64,000 bases of DNA, taken from the NCBI GenBank assembly GCA_007692665.1, contig REBP01000235.1, positions 26-64,025 of the forward strand. The letters run 5' to 3'. The notes below the pieces were generated by a model. It did not search any database. It was not told where the DNA came from and saw only the letters and a program-made list of their open reading frames with translations. Source of the DNA: Gemmatimonadales bacterium (lineage in GTDB: Bacteria > Gemmatimonadota > Gemmatimonadetes > Longimicrobiales > Gaopeijiaceae). Position numbers and translations under genes: made by a program. Positions 17,892 to 26,680 of the stretch are shown one piece after another (the stretch's first letter is position 1; each line of letters begins with the position of its first letter).

Positions 17892-17950
17892 AGTCCCGCG
17901 TGCCTCCGCAGGTTCGGATCAGGGGTCCCGGGATCCGGGCCGCTGAACCC

Positions 17951-18655
17951 TCAGGCGCCACCGAGTTCGTAGAGGCGCATCTCGTAATAGGCGCGGACCG
18001 GGTTCCCTTCCTCGAACTCGTCGACAAGACGGCGGAAGGCGTCGGCGGCTGCCACGGTGTCACCCTGGGCAAGGTGGGCACGAGCGAGCCCTTCCGTGGC
18101 TTCCTGCCGCTGGAAGGACATCTCCGCGCGGTCTGCCAGGCCTTCGTAGGCGCTCGCCGCCTCCGACCAGTTCTCGGCCTGCTCGTAGGCCACGGCCAGC
18201 AGGAAGGTCGCCTGCAGCCGAAGGGGGTCCCGGTACGAGGGCGCGACGGGCGTGAGCACGTCGATGGCGGCGGCCGGGTTTCCTGCATCGAGGTGGATCT
18301 CGCCCAGGACGAGGCGGGCCTCGATCCCGTAGGGCGTATCCCCGAAGCGAGCCAGGTAGCGCTCGATTTCGGCGATGGCTTCCTCGGGCGGCGCGGTGGC
18401 GGCGGCCTGCTGCACCTGCTCCAGCTGGATCGCGGCCTCCGCGTAGGTCCCGGCGCGCTGGCCGAAGAACCAGATCGAGCCCACGACCAGGACGACCACG
18501 ACGACGACGCCGAGGATCAGGGTCTGGGTGTTTCTCTGGGCCCATGCGGTGAAGAGAAGGATGCGCGAGGTGAACGCGTCATCCACGGTGCCTTTGGGTG
18601 CACCGGGGCCGGAAGGGCCACCGGGGCTCGAGGACGGAGAAGATCCCTGGACCAT
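17951..18655 (-). CDS. membrane-anchored tetratricopeptide-repeat protein (YfgM-like)
   Basis: One N-terminal TM helix (LILGVVVVVVLVVGSIWFF) followed by TPR-like helical repeats. Confidence 0.7.
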   Translation of the reverse strand: MVQGSSPSSSPGGPSGPGAPKGTVDDAFTSRILLFTAWAQRNTQTLILGVVVVVVLVVGSIWFFGQRAGTYAEAAIQLEQVQQAAATAPPEEAIAEIERYLARFGDTPYGIEARLVLGEIHLDAGNPAAAIDVLTPVAPSYRDPLRLQATFLLAVAYEQAENWSEAASAYEGLADRAEMSFQRQEATEGLARAHLAQGDTVAAADAFRRLVDEFEEGNPVRAYYEMRLYELGGA

Positions 18656-18885
18656 TGCTCACTTTCGTTGCCGCCAGGACGACCCGCACGGAGGGTGCGA
18701 ACGGCTGGAGGATGGTTGGATGCACAGACCCGGAAGATATTCGCGGGACACGCTTGGGTCAACGTGACTTCGGCAGGGGGAAAGCTTCCGGCTATGTTGG
18801 GTCTGGCTGGGGGAGCGCCCTGCCCCCCCGCCGGCACCCCGGAAAGCCCCGCGGGACTCCATCCACGGCATCAGAAAGGCAAACC

Positions 18886-19266
18886 ATGACCACGGCCCCC
18901 ATTCTTTTCGTCATCGGAGCTCTCAACGGAGCCGTTTCCGTCGCGCTGGGAGCGTTCGGGGCGCACGCCCTGTCGTCTCGCCTGGATCCCCGCGCCCTCG
19001 AGGTCTTCGAGACGGCCGCGCGGTACCAGGCCCTTCACGCCGTCGCCCTGCTCGTCGTGGCCACGCTTGTCTCGCGGACCCCGAGCGCGGCCCTCTCGGG
19101 CGCCGGATGGGCCTTCGCCCTGGGAATGCTTCTCTTCTGCGGCAGTCTCTACACCCTGGCCCTGACCGGAGTCCGCGGCTGGGGGGCGGTGGCTCCGGTC
19201 GGAGGCACCGCCCTCCTCGTCGGCTGGGTGCTGCTGGCCTATGGAGGCTGGCGAGCGCTGACCTAG
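18886..19266 (+). CDS. DUF423 (YgdD-like) small membrane protein
   Basis: ATG at 18886. Motifs GALNGAVSVALGAFGAHAL...YQALHAVALL...GMLLFCGSLY. Confidence 0.8.
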   Translation: MTTAPILFVIGALNGAVSVALGAFGAHALSSRLDPRALEVFETAARYQALHAVALLVVATLVSRTPSAALSGAGWAFALGMLLFCGSLYTLALTGVRGWGAVAPVGGTALLVGWVLLAYGGWRALT

Positions 19267-19371
19267 ACGGGGCGTGGGGGCTGCAGGCGAAGGCCCGGGA
19301 GGCGTCCCCCGGGGGCTCGATGCAGCAAACCCTCCAGGGCGCCGGCCGCTGGAGGGCTTGATCCTCTTCCA

Positions 19372-19445
19372 TGTCCTCGCCGCGACTCGAACGCGGGACC
19401 TGCTGCTTAGGAGGCAGCCGCTCTATCCACCTGAGCTACGAGGAC
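19372..19445 (-). tRNA. tRNA-Arg (anticodon CCT)
   Basis: The reverse complement GTCCTCGTAGCTCAGGTGGATAGAGCGGCTGCCTCCTAAGCAGCAGGTCCCGCGTTCGAGTCGCGGCGAGGACA folds as a cloverleaf with anticodon loop CTCCTAA. No CCA is encoded. Confidence 0.95.
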
Positions 19446-19739
19446 GTTGTTTTCCTGCAAGTACTTGCGGGATTCCGGCCGGGCCGCCGCTTTCGTTCAG
19501 GGAGCGGCTGGGGAGCAGACCGGAAGTGCGTCCTCCCCGTGCCCCCATGCAACCCTCGAATCCCCGTCAGGGGAAAAGATAGGGCACAGGCGCAGGACGG
19601 TCACCCCCTGCCCTTCCGCTCGCAGGCGCGTCCAGTGCAGGCGAGATCCGGGGTACGCCCCCGCGACGGGAGCAGGCACCGGCCGGCAAGGAGGGAGGGG
19701 TTGTCCCGGGTGAACAGCCCGATCATCCAGGGCCGCGGC

Positions 19740-20501
19740 TCAAGACCGCTTCCGGAGGACGTAGAAGGGGTAGGGATCAACCAGCCCGGGGAACAGCCCC
19801 AGCTGCTTCAGCACCGCGTGGCGGAGCCGCGTGTTCTGGTGGATCACCTCGAAGTCCCCCGGGATCGCACCGGCGAGTTCATAGAAGCCCATCCCCCGCC
19901 AGCCGGAGGCCCGCCATTTCTCGGGGGTGTTGTACCACGTCGGATTCCGTCCCCACCTCTGGCCCACCGCATGCGCCACTCGGGAGGGCAGCCAGGGGAC
20001 GAAGGGCAGGCCCGTCGTGTGCATGTCGATCGGGAAGTAGGGATTCGGGGTCTCGGCGATCAGCAGGTGGCCTCCGGGCTTGAGCAGGCGCCAGAGTTCG
20101 CCGAAATACCCGTGCCTGGGCTGCGGGATATGCTCGAACACCGCGAGCGCCAGGATCGAGTCGAACGCTTCGTCAGGCCATGGAATCGCGAGCGTGTCGG
20201 GGACATGCTGCAACCGGGTCCCGACCATCCCGAGCCCTGTCAGCAGGTCGTGGCCCGCCCTGACCCGGTCCGGGCAGGGTTCGACGCCCCAGACCTCTTC
20301 AACCCCCAGGGCCGTCAGCGCCAGCATGGACAGGCCGTAGGAAGCTCCGAAGTCGAGGACCCGACCCCGGAGGAACCTGCGATATGGGGCCAGCAGTTCG
20401 AGGGCGGAGAGGTAGCGCGCAATCTCGACGGCGCTCCGTCCGGATCCCGACAGGGATCTGCTGCATCGCTCCTGGAACTGAACATCAACCTCCATGATCA
20501 T
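19740..20501 (-). CDS. class I SAM-dependent methyltransferase
   Basis: Motif I VLDFGASYG and LKPGGHLLI are present. The substrate is unknown. Confidence 0.75.
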   Translation of the reverse strand: MIMEVDVQFQERCSRSLSGSGRSAVEIARYLSALELLAPYRRFLRGRVLDFGASYGLSMLALTALGVEEVWGVEPCPDRVRAGHDLLTGLGMVGTRLQHVPDTLAIPWPDEAFDSILALAVFEHIPQPRHGYFGELWRLLKPGGHLLIAETPNPYFPIDMHTTGLPFVPWLPSRVAHAVGQRWGRNPTWYNTPEKWRASGWRGMGFYELAGAIPGDFEVIHQNTRLRHAVLKQLGLFPGLVDPYPFYVLRKRS

Positions 20502-20621
20502 CTTTCCTGGCTGGCCGTGGGAGCAGCAGGTTCAGCGCCCGGAATGGAAGCCTTGCTACAGTGTACGCGCCGTCGACGAATCAGACAAAGGCCAGGATGC
20601 ACATGGAGCCTCGCGCTCCCG

Positions 20622-21626
20622 CTACCCGAGGGAGGGCTCCGGTTCCGCAGGGGCCGTCATTGCCGGCTTTCCTCCCCTGCCCCGCCGGGAAACCACTTCG
20701 AGGACCGCCACGACGGCGACCCCGGCGACCATCGAGGCCACCACGCTTGCCACCGCGGCAGGTTCCCCTGTCACCGCTTCGAAGGTCCCGGGCCCCAGCA
20801 GGCGGAGCCCCATGGGCTTTCCGTCCACGATGGCAACCGGGACATACCAGGGCCAGAGCTTGAACAGGGACCCTGCCATGAATCCGCTCAGCAGGGCCAG
20901 CGTGGCCTCGTAGCGGCGCTCCAGCAGCCAGGTCAGGAACCGCGAGAAGAGGAGGAGGCCGGTGGCGCATCCCGCAGCGAGGGTCGCCAGGATCACCAGG
21001 TTGAAGTCCGAGATGGCACCCACCACGGCCGGGTACAGCCCCAGGAGCAGCATGATGAAGCTCCCCGACACACCGGGCAGGATCCATGCACAGATGGCGA
21101 TGGCCCCACCCAGGAAGATGGTGACCAGGGTCACCGGAAGGGCCAGCGCGGTGAGGAAGGCGACCCCGGCTCCAATGACCGCACCCAGCAGGACAAGGGC
21201 CCGACGGGCCGTGGTCCACGGCCTTGCATACCGACCGACGAACCAGACCGAGGCCAGGATCAGCCCGAAGAAGAAGGCCCAGACCTGGAGTTCCCGGTGT
21301 TCCAGGAGCCAGCCGACGATCCGCGCCAGCAGCACGATGGCGGTGCCCATTCCAGCGCCGAGCACCACGAGGAACCCGAGATTCCCCTCCTTCCACGCTT
21401 CGCGGAACCGCCCCTGCCCTACCTGCCGAACCAGGCCGGCCCCGATGCCCCGGATCGACCGCACGAGTTCGAGGTAGATGCCGGTGATGAACGCGATCGT
21501 CCCCCCGGAAACGCCGGGAACGAGTTCCGCCACGCCCATGGCAAAGCCCCGGGCGTAGACTCCAAGCCAGCCCCCGAGCCCGCGACGGCCGGGCGTTGGA
21601 TCCGCTTCCCGCCTCCGCTCCGTCAC
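20622..21626 (-). CDS. DUF368 family polytopic membrane protein (candidate polyprenyl-phosphate transporter family)
   Basis: GFAMGVAELVPGVSGGTIAFITGIY is repeated later as ILPGVSGSFIMLLLGLY. The start is chosen at GTG 21626 (GTGA overlap with the pcm stop); the longest ORF starts at 21656. Confidence 0.75.
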   Translation of the reverse strand: MTERRREADPTPGRRGLGGWLGVYARGFAMGVAELVPGVSGGTIAFITGIYLELVRSIRGIGAGLVRQVGQGRFREAWKEGNLGFLVVLGAGMGTAIVLLARIVGWLLEHRELQVWAFFFGLILASVWFVGRYARPWTTARRALVLLGAVIGAGVAFLTALALPVTLVTIFLGGAIAICAWILPGVSGSFIMLLLGLYPAVVGAISDFNLVILATLAAGCATGLLLFSRFLTWLLERRYEATLALLSGFMAGSLFKLWPWYVPVAIVDGKPMGLRLLGPGTFEAVTGEPAAVASVVASMVAGVAVVAVLEVVSRRGRGGKPAMTAPAEPEPSLG

Positions 21627-22297
21627 CTGCGTCCCCCCGGTTCCTCGTCCGACCACCCGTAGCGACCGAGGAGGGGCACGAAGGTACAGTCGGGGATCGC
21701 GACCTCCTCATGGAGTTCGCCCTCCGAATCCCGGGTCACGAGCAGCATGTCCTGCGCCTCCCGCGTGCCGACGGGCAGGAGAAGCCGCCCGCCGGGCGCC
21801 AGCTGGTCGACGAGGGCGGCGGGGACGGAGGGGGAGGCCGCTGCCACCGTGATCACGTCGAAGGGCGCGTACTTCCTCCAGCCGATGGAGCCGTCTCCCA
21901 CGAGGAGAGCGACGTTCCGGATCTCGAGGCCGTCCAGGGCCTTCCGTGCCCGAAGGGAGAGCTCCCGGATGCGTTCCACCGAGAACACCCGGTCCGACAG
22001 CCTGGACAGGAGCGCGGTGAAGAACCCGCTTCCCGTTCCGATCTCGAGGACGCGGTCCCCGGATCCGGGGCTCAGCGCCTGGAGGGACCGGGCCTGAAGA
22101 GACGGCTGCGATGCCGTCTGCCCGTACCCGATGGGGAGGGGAGCGTCCTCGTAGGCGCGGTTCCAGACACCCTCGGGAAGAAAGAGGTGACGGGGGACCA
22201 GGTCGAAGAGGCGGAGGAGTTCCAGGTCCGTGACCCCTCGCCCCCTGATTTCCTCGATGAGTGCGCCCCGCTGCGCCGAGAAACGGTAGTCACTCAT
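21623..22297 (-). CDS. pcm: protein-L-isoaspartate O-methyltransferase
   Basis: Motifs GQTASQPS, VLEIGTGSGF and LAPGGRLLLPVG. It lies in the surE-pcm arrangement with an ATGA overlap. Confidence 0.9.
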   Translation of the reverse strand: MSDYRFSAQRGALIEEIRGRGVTDLELLRLFDLVPRHLFLPEGVWNRAYEDAPLPIGYGQTASQPSLQARSLQALSPGSGDRVLEIGTGSGFFTALLSRLSDRVFSVERIRELSLRARKALDGLEIRNVALLVGDGSIGWRKYAPFDVITVAAASPSVPAALVDQLAPGGRLLLPVGTREAQDMLLVTRDSEGELHEEVAIPDCTFVPLLGRYGWSDEEPGGRR

Positions 22298-23064
22298 AAC
22301 TTGAGGTCCCAGCCCTCAACTTCCTGCAGCAGCTTGTAGTTGGTCAGGTCGAGATGCAGGGGCGTGACCGACACGTAGCCCTCATCGATGGCCCGGAAAT
22401 CCGAATCCTCGCGCCCGTCCCAGCTCATGGACCCGCCCCCGATCCAGAAGTATTCCCGCCCCGACGGATCCAGCGCCCGGGTGAGGGAGTCCGAGTACCG
22501 GCGCTTCCCGAGGGAGGTCACGCGGACGCCCTTCACATCCGCCGGATCGATGGGCGGGATGTTCACGTTCATGAGCGTCGCCTCGGGGAACTCCCGCTGA
22601 CCGACGAACTGGGCGAGGAGCGCGGCGAGGGGTTCCTCCCACCCCTCGATGGACTCGAAATCGGGACCGGCGTACGAAAGCGCCACCGACGGGATTCCCA
22701 GCACCGTGGCCTCCATGGCCGCGGCCACGGTGCCCGAGTACAGGACATCCTCCCCCATGTTCGCCCCGTGATTCACCCCGGAGAAGCAGAACGTCGGACG
22801 CTCGTCGAGAAGCGCGTTCACGGCGAGGATCACGCAGTCCGTGGGCGTGCCGTCCACCATGAGGGATCCGTCGGTGGACCGGCGGCTCCGAAGCGGATGA
22901 TGGAGGGTCAGCGAGTGACTGGTGGCACTCTGCTCCCGGTCGGGGGCCACCACCGTCACCGGTCCGAGGGACCTCGCGGCCGCGGCCATCACCCGGAGTC
23001 CGGTGGCAAGGACGCCGTCGTCGTTCGTGCAGAGGATGTGCATGTCTCGGTCAGCTCGAATCAC
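22294..23064 (-). CDS. surE: 5'/3'-nucleotidase SurE
   Basis: MHILCTNDDG...SATSHSLTL...SGVNHGAN. The start is either GTG 23064 (GTGA overlap) or the canonical ATG 23043. Confidence 0.9.
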   Translation of the reverse strand: MIRADRDMHILCTNDDGVLATGLRVMAAAARSLGPVTVVAPDREQSATSHSLTLHHPLRSRRSTDGSLMVDGTPTDCVILAVNALLDERPTFCFSGVNHGANMGEDVLYSGTVAAAMEATVLGIPSVALSYAGPDFESIEGWEEPLAALLAQFVGQREFPEATLMNVNIPPIDPADVKGVRVTSLGKRRYSDSLTRALDPSGREYFWIGGGSMSWDGREDSDFRAIDEGYVSVTPLHLDLTNYKLLQEVEGWDLKL

Positions 23065-23627
23065 CCGTCGTCCACCTCGAGCTGAAGCTGAGGATAGCGA
23101 TCGTCGGATGCGTTGGTTCTGGAGGAATCGGGGTCGGAGGAATCCCGGGCCCCGGGACCGGCAGCGTCGGGTCCCGTCGGCCGGGGGCCGGAATATACGG
23201 GGTCATCGCCCCCGTGCGGTATGGGGCGGCCGCGAGGCGGCCCGGCCGGGGAGCGTGGGCCCGGCGGCGGGTCCGGGAGGGTCAGGAGTTCCCGGACCCG
23301 CTGAAGTTCTTCCTTCATCACCTGGAAGAGTTCCGGGCCGGCGACCTCCTGCCTCTCCTCGGCCAGATCGCCCTCCTTCCGAAGCTCCCGGAGCTTCTGG
23401 CGGGCACCGTCGATGGTGAATTTCTCCTCGTAGAGCAGGTGCTTGACCAGGAGCACGAGCTCCACCTCCCGCGGTCGGTAGACCCGGTTGCCGGCCCGGT
23501 TCTTCGTGGGATGCAGGGCGTCGAACTGCGACTCCCAGTACCGCAGCACGTGGGGCTTGAGATCCGTGAGGTCGCAGACCTCGCCGATCGAATAGTACGC
23601 CTTCCTGAGAATCGGTTCGTCATTCAT
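23061..23627 (-). CDS. MerR-family transcriptional regulator
   Basis: N-terminal HTH YYSIGEVCDLTDLKPHVLRYWESQF...NRAGNRVYRPREV, followed by a coiled-coil and a low-complexity tail. Confidence 0.8.
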   Translation of the reverse strand: MNDEPILRKAYYSIGEVCDLTDLKPHVLRYWESQFDALHPTKNRAGNRVYRPREVELVLLVKHLLYEEKFTIDGARQKLRELRKEGDLAEERQEVAGPELFQVMKEELQRVRELLTLPDPPPGPRSPAGPPRGRPIPHGGDDPVYSGPRPTGPDAAGPGARDSSDPDSSRTNASDDRYPQLQLEVDDG

Positions 23628-23682
23628 GTCGGCAGGCCTCTCCCCGGCCGATGCGCCGGTTGCGACAGGGGCTTCGGGACGG

Positions 23683-24684
23683 TCATTTCCATTGTTCGGG
23701 CTTGGGCCCGCGCATCATCAGGGTCTGGACGGCTTCCTCCGGCGTGGTCCGGCCTTCGAGCAACTCGTTCACCTGCTGCACGATGGGCATCTCGACGCCG
23801 TGACGCTCCGCGAGGGCATGGACGCCGGCCGTGGTCCGAACGCCTTCTGCCACGGCCCGCATGTCCGCGAGGATCTGCCGGAGGGATTCCCCCTGGCCCA
23901 GCCGGACACCGACACTGCGGTTTCGGGAGAGTTCTCCCGTACAGGTCAGGACCAGGTCTCCCATCCCGGCGAGTCCCGAAAAGGTTTCGGGCTCCGCCCC
24001 GAGGGCAACCCCGAGGCGGGTGATTTCCGCAAGACCCCGGGTCAGGAGTGCCGCCTGGGTATTGTACCCGAACCCCAGGCCCGCCACGACCCCCGCGGCG
24101 AGGGCGATGACGTTCTTCACGGCACCACCAAGCTCCACCCCCACCACGTCGGGAGAGGTGTACACGCGAAAGCGCTCCGTGGAGAACGCCTCCTGGGCCC
24201 GGATGCGCGCGTCCCGGGAGTGCGAGGCGACCACGACGGCGGTGGGCACCCCGAGGGCGACCTCGGCGGCAAACGAGGGCCCGGAGAGCACGCAGAAGTG
24301 TTCCATCACCGAAGCGGGAAGAACGGACGAAAGGACCTCGTCCATGCGGCGGAGCGTCTTCATCTCGATGCCCTTGGAGGCGCTGATCACCAGCGCGTCC
24401 TCCCGCAGCGAGGGTGCGGCGCGGGCCATGACGTCACCCACGAACTGGGAGGGACTCACCGAAAGCACCAGTTCGGCCCCTGCCACGGCCCGGGAAAGGG
24501 TATCCGTCACTTCCAGTCCATCGGGGATGGAGACGCCAGGGAGGTAGGGATTCTCCCCACTCTCCCGGACCGTCCGGGGGATCTCCTGGTCATGGCTCCA
24601 CAGCATCGTTTCGATCCCCCGGCCGTGGAGCAGGAGTGCGAGGGCCGTTCCCCAGCTTCCGGCTCCGACCACGGCGGCCTTCAT
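23683..24684 (-). CDS. gpsA: NAD(P)H-dependent glycerol-3-phosphate dehydrogenase
   Basis: ATG at 24684 inside ORF 23683..25104. Motifs MKAAVVGAGSWGTALA, SKGIE, GPSFA and GGAVKNVIA. Confidence 0.93.
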   Translation of the reverse strand: MKAAVVGAGSWGTALALLLHGRGIETMLWSHDQEIPRTVRESGENPYLPGVSIPDGLEVTDTLSRAVAGAELVLSVSPSQFVGDVMARAAPSLREDALVISASKGIEMKTLRRMDEVLSSVLPASVMEHFCVLSGPSFAAEVALGVPTAVVVASHSRDARIRAQEAFSTERFRVYTSPDVVGVELGGAVKNVIALAAGVVAGLGFGYNTQAALLTRGLAEITRLGVALGAEPETFSGLAGMGDLVLTCTGELSRNRSVGVRLGQGESLRQILADMRAVAEGVRTTAGVHALAERHGVEMPIVQQVNELLEGRTTPEEAVQTLMMRGPKPEQWK

Positions 24685-25310
24685 GCTCGCCTCCCGATCC
24701 GGTTTTCCTCGCCCCGCACGAGCCGCTGCACGTTCGCGCGGTGCGCCCAGATCACGAACAGGGCCAGGGCCGATGCGAAGAACGGGAGGATCGAGCCGCC
24801 CCGGTGCGGCAGCGAGATCACGGCCACCGGAAGAACCAGGGCGGCCAGCACCGACCCGAGGGAAACGTACCGGGTCAGCACCACAACGACGCCCCAGACG
24901 ACGAAGGCGGCCAGCACGGCCCAGGGCGCCAGCCCGAGGAAGACCCCCGCACTCGTGGCCACGCCCTTCCCCCCCCGAAACCCTACCCAGAAGGAGTACA
25001 TGTGCCCGAGAATGGCGGCGGCCCCGAAGACCAGGGCCCAGACCTCCGTGCCCCCTGCCCCGCCGCCGGCGAGGAGGAGGGGGAAGAAGGCCACGGGCGC
25101 CCACCCCTTGAGAATGTCCACGACGACAACCGGGAGGGCCCAGCGCCAGCCCAGGACGCGAAAGACGTTCGTCGCGCCGAGGTTCCCGCTACCCCGGCTG
25201 CGGAGGTCCACCCCGTGGAAGCCCCGTCCGACCCAGTAGGACGTGGGGGTGGCACCCACGAGATAGCTGGCCAGCACCAGCAGGAGAGGCAGGAGAAGAC
25301 TCCCCGTCAT
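24681..25310 (-). CDS. plsY: glycerol-3-phosphate acyltransferase (acyl-phosphate dependent)
   Basis: Motifs GSGNLGATNVFRVLG and FRGGKGVAT. ATGA overlaps occur on both sides. Confidence 0.92.
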   Translation of the reverse strand: MTGSLLLPLLLVLASYLVGATPTSYWVGRGFHGVDLRSRGSGNLGATNVFRVLGWRWALPVVVVDILKGWAPVAFFPLLLAGGGAGGTEVWALVFGAAAILGHMYSFWVGFRGGKGVATSAGVFLGLAPWAVLAAFVVWGVVVVLTRYVSLGSVLAALVLPVAVISLPHRGGSILPFFASALALFVIWAHRANVQRLVRGEENRIGRRA

Positions 25311-26680
25311 GAGGTCCGGCTCCGTCCGCCTCCCCGCCCGTACCGGAGCTCATCCTTCGCGGTGGAACGCAGGCGGATGCGAACGGGTGCGCCGTCGAAC
25401 CCCCACGCCTTCCGGAACCCGTTCTGCAGGTAGCGGAGGTAATGATCCGGAATTTCCCCGGGCAGGTTGGAAAACAGCAGGAAGGTGGGCGGCGCCGTGT
25501 CCACCTGCGTCGAGTACTTGAACTTGATGGCCCGCCCATTGGCGTGGGGGGGCGGCTGCCGCCCGACGAGCTTTTCCACGACCTCGTTCACCTCGTGGGT
25601 GGCGATCCGCCGGGTCCGTGCGGCCTCCACCTCCAGGAGAAGGTCGAGGGTCCGCCGCACGCGCTGCCCGGTGAGCGCCGACATGAAGAGGACGGGCACC
25701 CACTCGAGGAACGGGATCTTGAGCCGGAGTGCGCGCTCGAAGGCGGGCCCCGTGCTCGTGTCCTTTTCCAGCAGATCCCACTTGTTCACGGCCAGGACCA
25801 CCCCGCAGCCCGCTTCCCATGCCTGCTCCAGGATCTGGATGTCCTGCTTGGTCAGCCCTTCGCGGGCATCGATCATCACGAGGCAGACCTGCGAGGACTG
25901 GATGACCCGCGCGGTCCGGAGCGCCGAGTAGTACTCCACCGACTCGTCGACCTTCGACTGCCGGCGCAGACCGGCGGTATCCACGAAGACGAGCTTCTGG
26001 CCGTGGTAGACCATGGTGGAGTCGACGGCGTCCCGGGTGGTCCCTGGTACCTCGCTCACCACCATGCGCTCCTCGCCGAACAGGCGGTTGACGAAGGAGG
26101 ACTTTCCGACGTTGGGCTTCCCCACCACCGCGATGCGAAGGACGCCCTCCTCCGGTTCGCCCGAGCCCTCTTCCGGGAGGGCGGCGATGATCCGGTCCAG
26201 CAGGTCGCCCGAGCCCTTCCCCGAGATCGAGCTTACCGCAATGGGCTCCCCGAGCCCGAGGCGCCAGAACTCGTGGTGCCCGGGGTCGTGGGGGAGGTTG
26301 TCCATCTTGTTCGCGACGACGATGACCGGCTTGCCCCGCTCGCGGAGCAGGTCGGCCACCTTCTCGTCCATGGGGTGCAGGCCCATCTTCCCGTCGGTCA
26401 CCAGCAGGATCACGTCGGCTTCGTCCACCGCCATGATCGCCTGGTCGCGAACCATCCGGTCCAGGGGCTCGTCGCTCCCCTCGATGACGCCGCCCGTGTC
26501 CACCAGGTAGAACGACCGTCCGGCCCAGTCGGTGAGGGCGAAATTCCTGTCGCGGGTCACGCCGGGCTGGTCGTGGACGATGGCTTCCCGCCGACCCAGG
26601 ACGCGGTTGAAGAACGTGGACTTCCCCACGTTCGGACGCCCGACAACGGCGACCACCGGGAGCCCGGCCGGCGCACTCAC
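25307..26680 (-). CDS. der: ribosome-associated GTPase Der/EngA (tandem GTPase + KH)
   Basis: Two G domains (GRPNVGKST, GKPNVGKSS). The start is chosen at GTG 26680 (GTGA overlap with the upstream stop); the longest ORF starts at 26710. Confidence 0.92.
   Translation of the reverse strand: MSAPAGLPVVAVVGRPNVGKSTFFNRVLGRREAIVHDQPGVTRDRNFALTDWAGRSFYLVDTGGVIEGSDEPLDRMVRDQAIMAVDEADVILLVTDGKMGLHPMDEKVADLLRERGKPVIVVANKMDNLPHDPGHHEFWRLGLGEPIAVSSISGKGSGDLLDRIIAALPEEGSGEPEEGVLRIAVVGKPNVGKSSFVNRLFGEERMVVSEVPGTTRDAVDSTMVYHGQKLVFVDTAGLRRQSKVDESVEYYSALRTARVIQSSQVCLVMIDAREGLTKQDIQILEQAWEAGCGVVLAVNKWDLLEKDTSTGPAFERALRLKIPFLEWVPVLFMSALTGQRVRRTLDLLLEVEAARTRRIATHEVNEVVEKLVGRQPPPHANGRAIKFKYSTQVDTAPPTFLLFSNLPGEIPDHYLRYLQNGFRKAWGFDGAPVRIRLRSTAKDELRYGRGGGRSRTS

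Larger units (their letters stand above)
17154..17950. other. non-coding island of about 0.8 kb between convergent genes (candidate ncRNA or regulatory region)
   Basis: No ORF here has a protein-like translation; all are Arg/Pro/Gly-rich shadow-type. A hand count of the 75-codon ORF 17315..17542 gives about 23 A/T third positions, unlike the flanking genes. The island contains an AT palindrome, several tandem duplications and a strong terminator hairpin. Confidence 0.6.

Noticed and set aside
17368-17946. ORFs inside the non-coding island (192 aa, 167 aa and 75 aa on the plus strand; 116-265 aa on the minus strand).
   Set aside because: They show no protein-like composition or motif. The third-position GC of the one I counted is not elevated. 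The tandem nucleotide repeats are not multiples of 3 (16, 22, 13 and 17 nt).
17154-17950. Possibility that the island is a known housekeeping RNA (tmRNA, RNase P RNA, SRP RNA or 6S).
   Set aside because: By eye, on either strand, I could not find the RNase P P4 motif (GAGGAAAGTCCGGGC), the SRP domain IV motif (GGAAGCAGCC-like), or a tmRNA tag ORF with a tRNA-like 3' end. 6S cannot be excluded without folding or covariance tools.
19372-19445. tRNA-Arg, and tRNA-Gly at 30302..30374, as integration sites of genomic islands.
   Set aside because: There is no integrase, no direct repeat of the tRNA 3' end, and no compositional shift nearby. The flanking genes are ordinary housekeeping genes.
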